This document shows, piece after piece, positions 59,367 through 64,000 of a DNA stretch of 64,000 nt. The notes under the pieces were generated by a model. It saw nothing but the letters and a program-made list of their open reading frames with translations. It was not told where the DNA came from and ran no database searches. The first letter of the stretch is position 1. Each line of letters opens with the position of its first letter. The position numbers and the translations under genes are program-made. Source of the stretch: Chrysomallon squamiferum (Eukaryota; Animalia; Mollusca); the NCBI GenBank assembly GCA_012295275.1, contig CM022666.1, forward strand, positions 16,554,001 through 16,618,000, read 5' to 3'.

Positions 59367-61348
59367 GATACATGCTAGCTGTGTTTTAACACGGAGAGAA
59401 ACAAAAACGTATTTCGTTACGTCTCTGTTACGATCACGCAAACATTCCATTCGCTCTGTCTGTCAAGTGACGATATTTTGGCACGGAACTGCATTGCGTC
59501 TATCTAACCGCTATCTCGTCTTCAAACTGATCTATCTTCAGCTGTTTCTAATAACTCACTGCTTTAACATACATTTTCATGTTACCTACGAACTACACTA
59601 GATAAGGTTTCGTAATGATAGATGACATTGGAGCTAAGAAAGAAAAGATACAAACAAGACGTCTGTGATGTTTTCTCATCAGAAAACACATCTTGTCGTG
59701 TTGTACCAGTGGCGCAGATTTAGTCTTGTGTTAAAATCTTTTATGTTGACAGGCCCCGAAGATGAAAACTCTGTTTAGGACGAAATGTCTTGCTGTTACT
59801 GGTTTCTTCTTTTTCTCCTTTTTCTTCTTTTATTTCTGTATTAGTAGAAGAAGTAGTAGTAGAAGTACTAGTAATAGTAGGAATAACTGAAGTGGCTACT
59901 AGTAATACACATAGTAGCAGCATTATTTTTATTCTTACCACTGCTACTATAGCTGCTATTACTACTAATATTATTACTAGCACTACTACTACTACTACTG
60001 CTTCTACAACTACTGTTACTACTACAACTATTGCTATTACTACTGCTGCTACTACTACTACTGCTGCTACTACTACTACTGTTACTACCATTGCTGCAGT
60101 TGCTAATTCTTTACGACAAAAAAACACACACACTTTCCTGACGTTGCCGCTGTGTCGTCATTCATGATTATCTGCATCTTTGTGCAGTCGTCGTAGCTCG
60201 CTTTGACAGTGACGTACACCACACAAATCCCTCAGATTCCGGCATTGATGGCGGCGCCGCCTAGCGGACTCCCAGCGGACAACTCCCAGATTGGAAGCCG
60301 AGTGGAGCGCGCGCTGTATCGATTCGTTTTCACAACACTTCGATTGCTTTCCCCGATACAGTAAACACTCAGTCAGTGTAACAAAGCTTCCAATTATGAT
60401 AAACTGTATTTAACTTTCTGGATTTGTTTCCGCAAGAAAAATCATATTTTGTTGTCATGGTAACCATGGTTTCCACTCTGTGACTCGAGTGGAATTGCGT
60501 TCCACCCGGTGAACACGATTTTATAAATCTGATTTTTTAATGGTTTTTATTTTTTTATTTTAAATATTTGACTTGCAGAGTTTAGACAGTCAGGGTTTAT
60601 TTTGTTACTGAGTGAACCATGTTACGATGTAACAACTCGAAAATCAGTTAATTTCTGACAAATAGGTTCTTGGTTCAGCTGCAGAGCTAACACTAACGCT
60701 AACAGTGCTGGGCCCTGCAAGAACGCGTCGAGTGTATTTAAAACATCAGTTGATGGGTTTTGTGAGACTGATTACTTATCTCACTAGTATCACCACAGTA
60801 CGTACCACGATGTTTAGTGACTCAACAGCAGAAACAGCTTCAATCGATTCATAAACCTACCCAGCACTGTGCTGACGATATTGCTATTACTATAACAACT
60901 ACAGCTACTACTACTATAACAACTACAATTACTATTACTATAACAACTACAACTACTATTACTACAACTACTAGTAACAACTACAACTACTACTACAGTA
61001 ACAACTACAGCTACTATTACTACTACTTCTGTTACTGCTTATGCTGTTATTACTACAACTACAACGACTAAACTACTGTAAGTACTATTACAACTCTGCA
61101 GCTGTTGCTGCTTCTGCAACTACTACTACTATATTAAAAAAGCTGTCCCTAGGACTGCTGCACTCCCCCCTCCCGGGCTCAGTAACATCAGCGAACATTT
61201 TACTACACTCAACAATCATAAATTACTTTTTATTTTTTCTTCCTTTTATTTATTATTTTAATGCTTATTTGTCTGGATTAACGCATGTAAATATACTCAC
61301 AATTAAGTAAACTTTGAGATATTTAAAACTTATTTAAAGATGATGGTG

Positions 61349-61407
<59 letters not shown>

Positions 61408-61637
61408 CATCATCATCATCATCATAATCATAATCATAATCATAATAAATAAATAAATAAATAAATAAATAAAACTAAGTAAAAAGTTTACTTAGATATT
61501 TGAAAATGTATCCAGTACATCTAAACCAACGGATTTCTCAAACTAGTGAAGAGGCAAGGACATGTTTATGTTGCGTCAACAACCCCTTTAACAGTATAAA
61601 ACTTTTCTCCAGATATTATACGTACAAATGTGCATTG

Positions 61638-61735
<98 letters not shown>

Positions 61736-62270
61736 CAAGTCAAGAAAGACGTACAGTGATAAATCTGACGAGTCTATCAGATTAGATTTGTAAATGCGGT
61801 CAGATTGATTTTTCCATTGTTCCGGGCTATTTCCAGTAGTGTATTTGTTTTCCACACTAATGGGTGCGTATTAAGAGTTTCAGTCGCTCACAGAACATCG
61901 TCCCGTGGGTCGCTGTAGCTCTGTATATTTTAATGGCAGTCACGTGAGCATGACATTACTTCTCGTTTGTTTGCGGTCGTTAACGTTGTCGTTCATTGAC
62001 ACCATTGTTTTGCGAAACAACAGAAGAACGATCAGCGTATCGGAAACCATTATCAGTCTGTCAGTGAAAAGCGAGTTTAGTGCTTCGTTCTGGCTGCAGA
62101 GAACAAAGCTGGTTAAGTCAACATTACTACTAACTTACTGGCATCGCAAAAACCTCGCTGCTTTTGCTAAATTCAGAATTAATTTACAATATCTGTGGAC
62201 AATAGACAGTCATATACGTTATGATGTTTTAGTTTGAGATCTCTCTGAAATATAGATAGCTGTCTATCCA

Positions 62271-62302
<32 letters not shown>

Positions 62303-62466
62303 TCTATATATCTATCTATCTATCTATCTATCTATATATATATATGTATGTATGTATGTTTAATTTATGTATGTATGTTTATCTGTCTGATCTATCTTTT
62401 AATTTGAGATCTCTATGAAATATAGATAGCTGTATCTATTTATTTTAATTTGAGATCTATCTATAG

Positions 62467-62576
<110 letters not shown>

Positions 62577-63037
62577 TGTGATGTTTTAATTTGAGATCTC
62601 TGTGAAATACAGGAGATACTGCACAATTTTGTTTCAGTTAATTTAATTACTGTTTTCTGTTTTACGTGAAAATATTACTTATTTACAATGACACACATAC
62701 GTACACATATCACTATTGATTGATATATTAATGTCTGGTCTGGGCGCAGTATTTTCAAATATAGACAGAAATTTTTCATTAAAATAGTCTTCTGACGCAA
62801 ATATAACAGTTATAATTATGTTGCTTTTTTAACATGTGTTTTCGTCAACGCCGGTTTCTGTAATAAGGGTTGGGCAGTTTGATATTAATGTTATTATGGC
62901 ACAGAGAATTTTATAAAGGGATGGGAAAGTAAGAAAATTAATCGTTGGATCTTATTATCAAGAAAATGTGCCACAACAGTCTTTATTAAGAAATGATACG
63001 TAATACAAAACATAAAACAATTTTATATTAGTGTGCG

Positions 63038-63118
<81 letters not shown>

Positions 63119-63717
63119 AGACTTCTATATGTGTTCGTACCTGTTTATGTATGTATCTATATGTCTATGTGTATGTGTAAATAAAAAAAGTAAGTTTGTT
63201 GAGTAATAGAAAACTATTTTATGTCTAGCGTTTTCCCACACTAACCGACCTTTTTTTATTTATTTTTTTCCCTTTGTAAAGTCGGTCTCCTGTTTTCAAG
63301 AGAGTAATAAAAATATAAATATCAAATTATTATCGGCACCACACATGTTGTTACTGTCTGACATTACACCCAAATAAAATCAGCAGATAAAAATACAGAT
63401 CAGTGAGTTGTTTCTGTGAGTCGGTAGCTAGGGCGCGGGTATGTGTTCAGTCGTGGGAGACTAGGGTAGTTTGCGGTACTTCACCGTACTCTGACTCGCC
63501 TTTGAGAAAATAAATAAAACATTGAGTATTGCAATATCGCAATAACCTCAGGCTGGAATTTCCTCATGAATAAAACAAAGACGCTGGAACTGCAAGTTTT
63601 TTTTATTAATCATGTTCTCTTATCTGCAAGTCATATTCGCAATGCTTGCCAGAGGCGGAATATTTCAGCTGTATAATTTGGTTTTGTGCTTCAGTGTTCC
63701 CTTTCCTTTACTTTTTA

Positions 63718-63781
<64 letters not shown>

Positions 63782-64000
63782 CCTTTTTGATTTCTTTATA
63801 CGGTTGGATACTGGTTCTAAATCATCAGTCTTGACTGTGGTATGTCCTACGTTCAAATCCAGTCACCGGTAGATCTAACATATCTAAGACTATAGCACTC
63901 TATTCCACTAACATACTAACACTGTATTGTTGTTGCTGGATCACTGACAATCTTCCTCACAGTATTAGATGGTCTATTTCTCGTTCTAACGCATGCTCCA

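Overview
Eukaryotic, AT-rich genomic DNA that is mostly intronic or intergenic and saturated with microsatellites; the one recognisable protein suggests a mollusc (inference). Almost all ORFs in the supplied track are microsatellite artefacts. The single well-supported gene is a + strand type II membrane protein resembling molluscan TNF-superfamily ligands: coding exon 40532-41008, a 17.7 kb intron, a 37-nt exon at 58688-58724, with the TNF domain expected beyond the window. Other structure: a 42-copy 81-bp satellite that develops a 308-bp higher-order repeat at its 3' end, several minisatellites, a ~300-bp-arm inverted repeat inside the TNF intron, a chain of candidate + strand micro-exons in the first 17 kb, about ten RFX X-box motifs plus a tandem repeat that multiplies X-boxes, and three CTCF-like motifs. 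I found no prokaryote-type system, CRISPR array, rRNA/tRNA gene or transposase/reverse transcriptase ORF, and cannot claim a new biological system from sequence alone.
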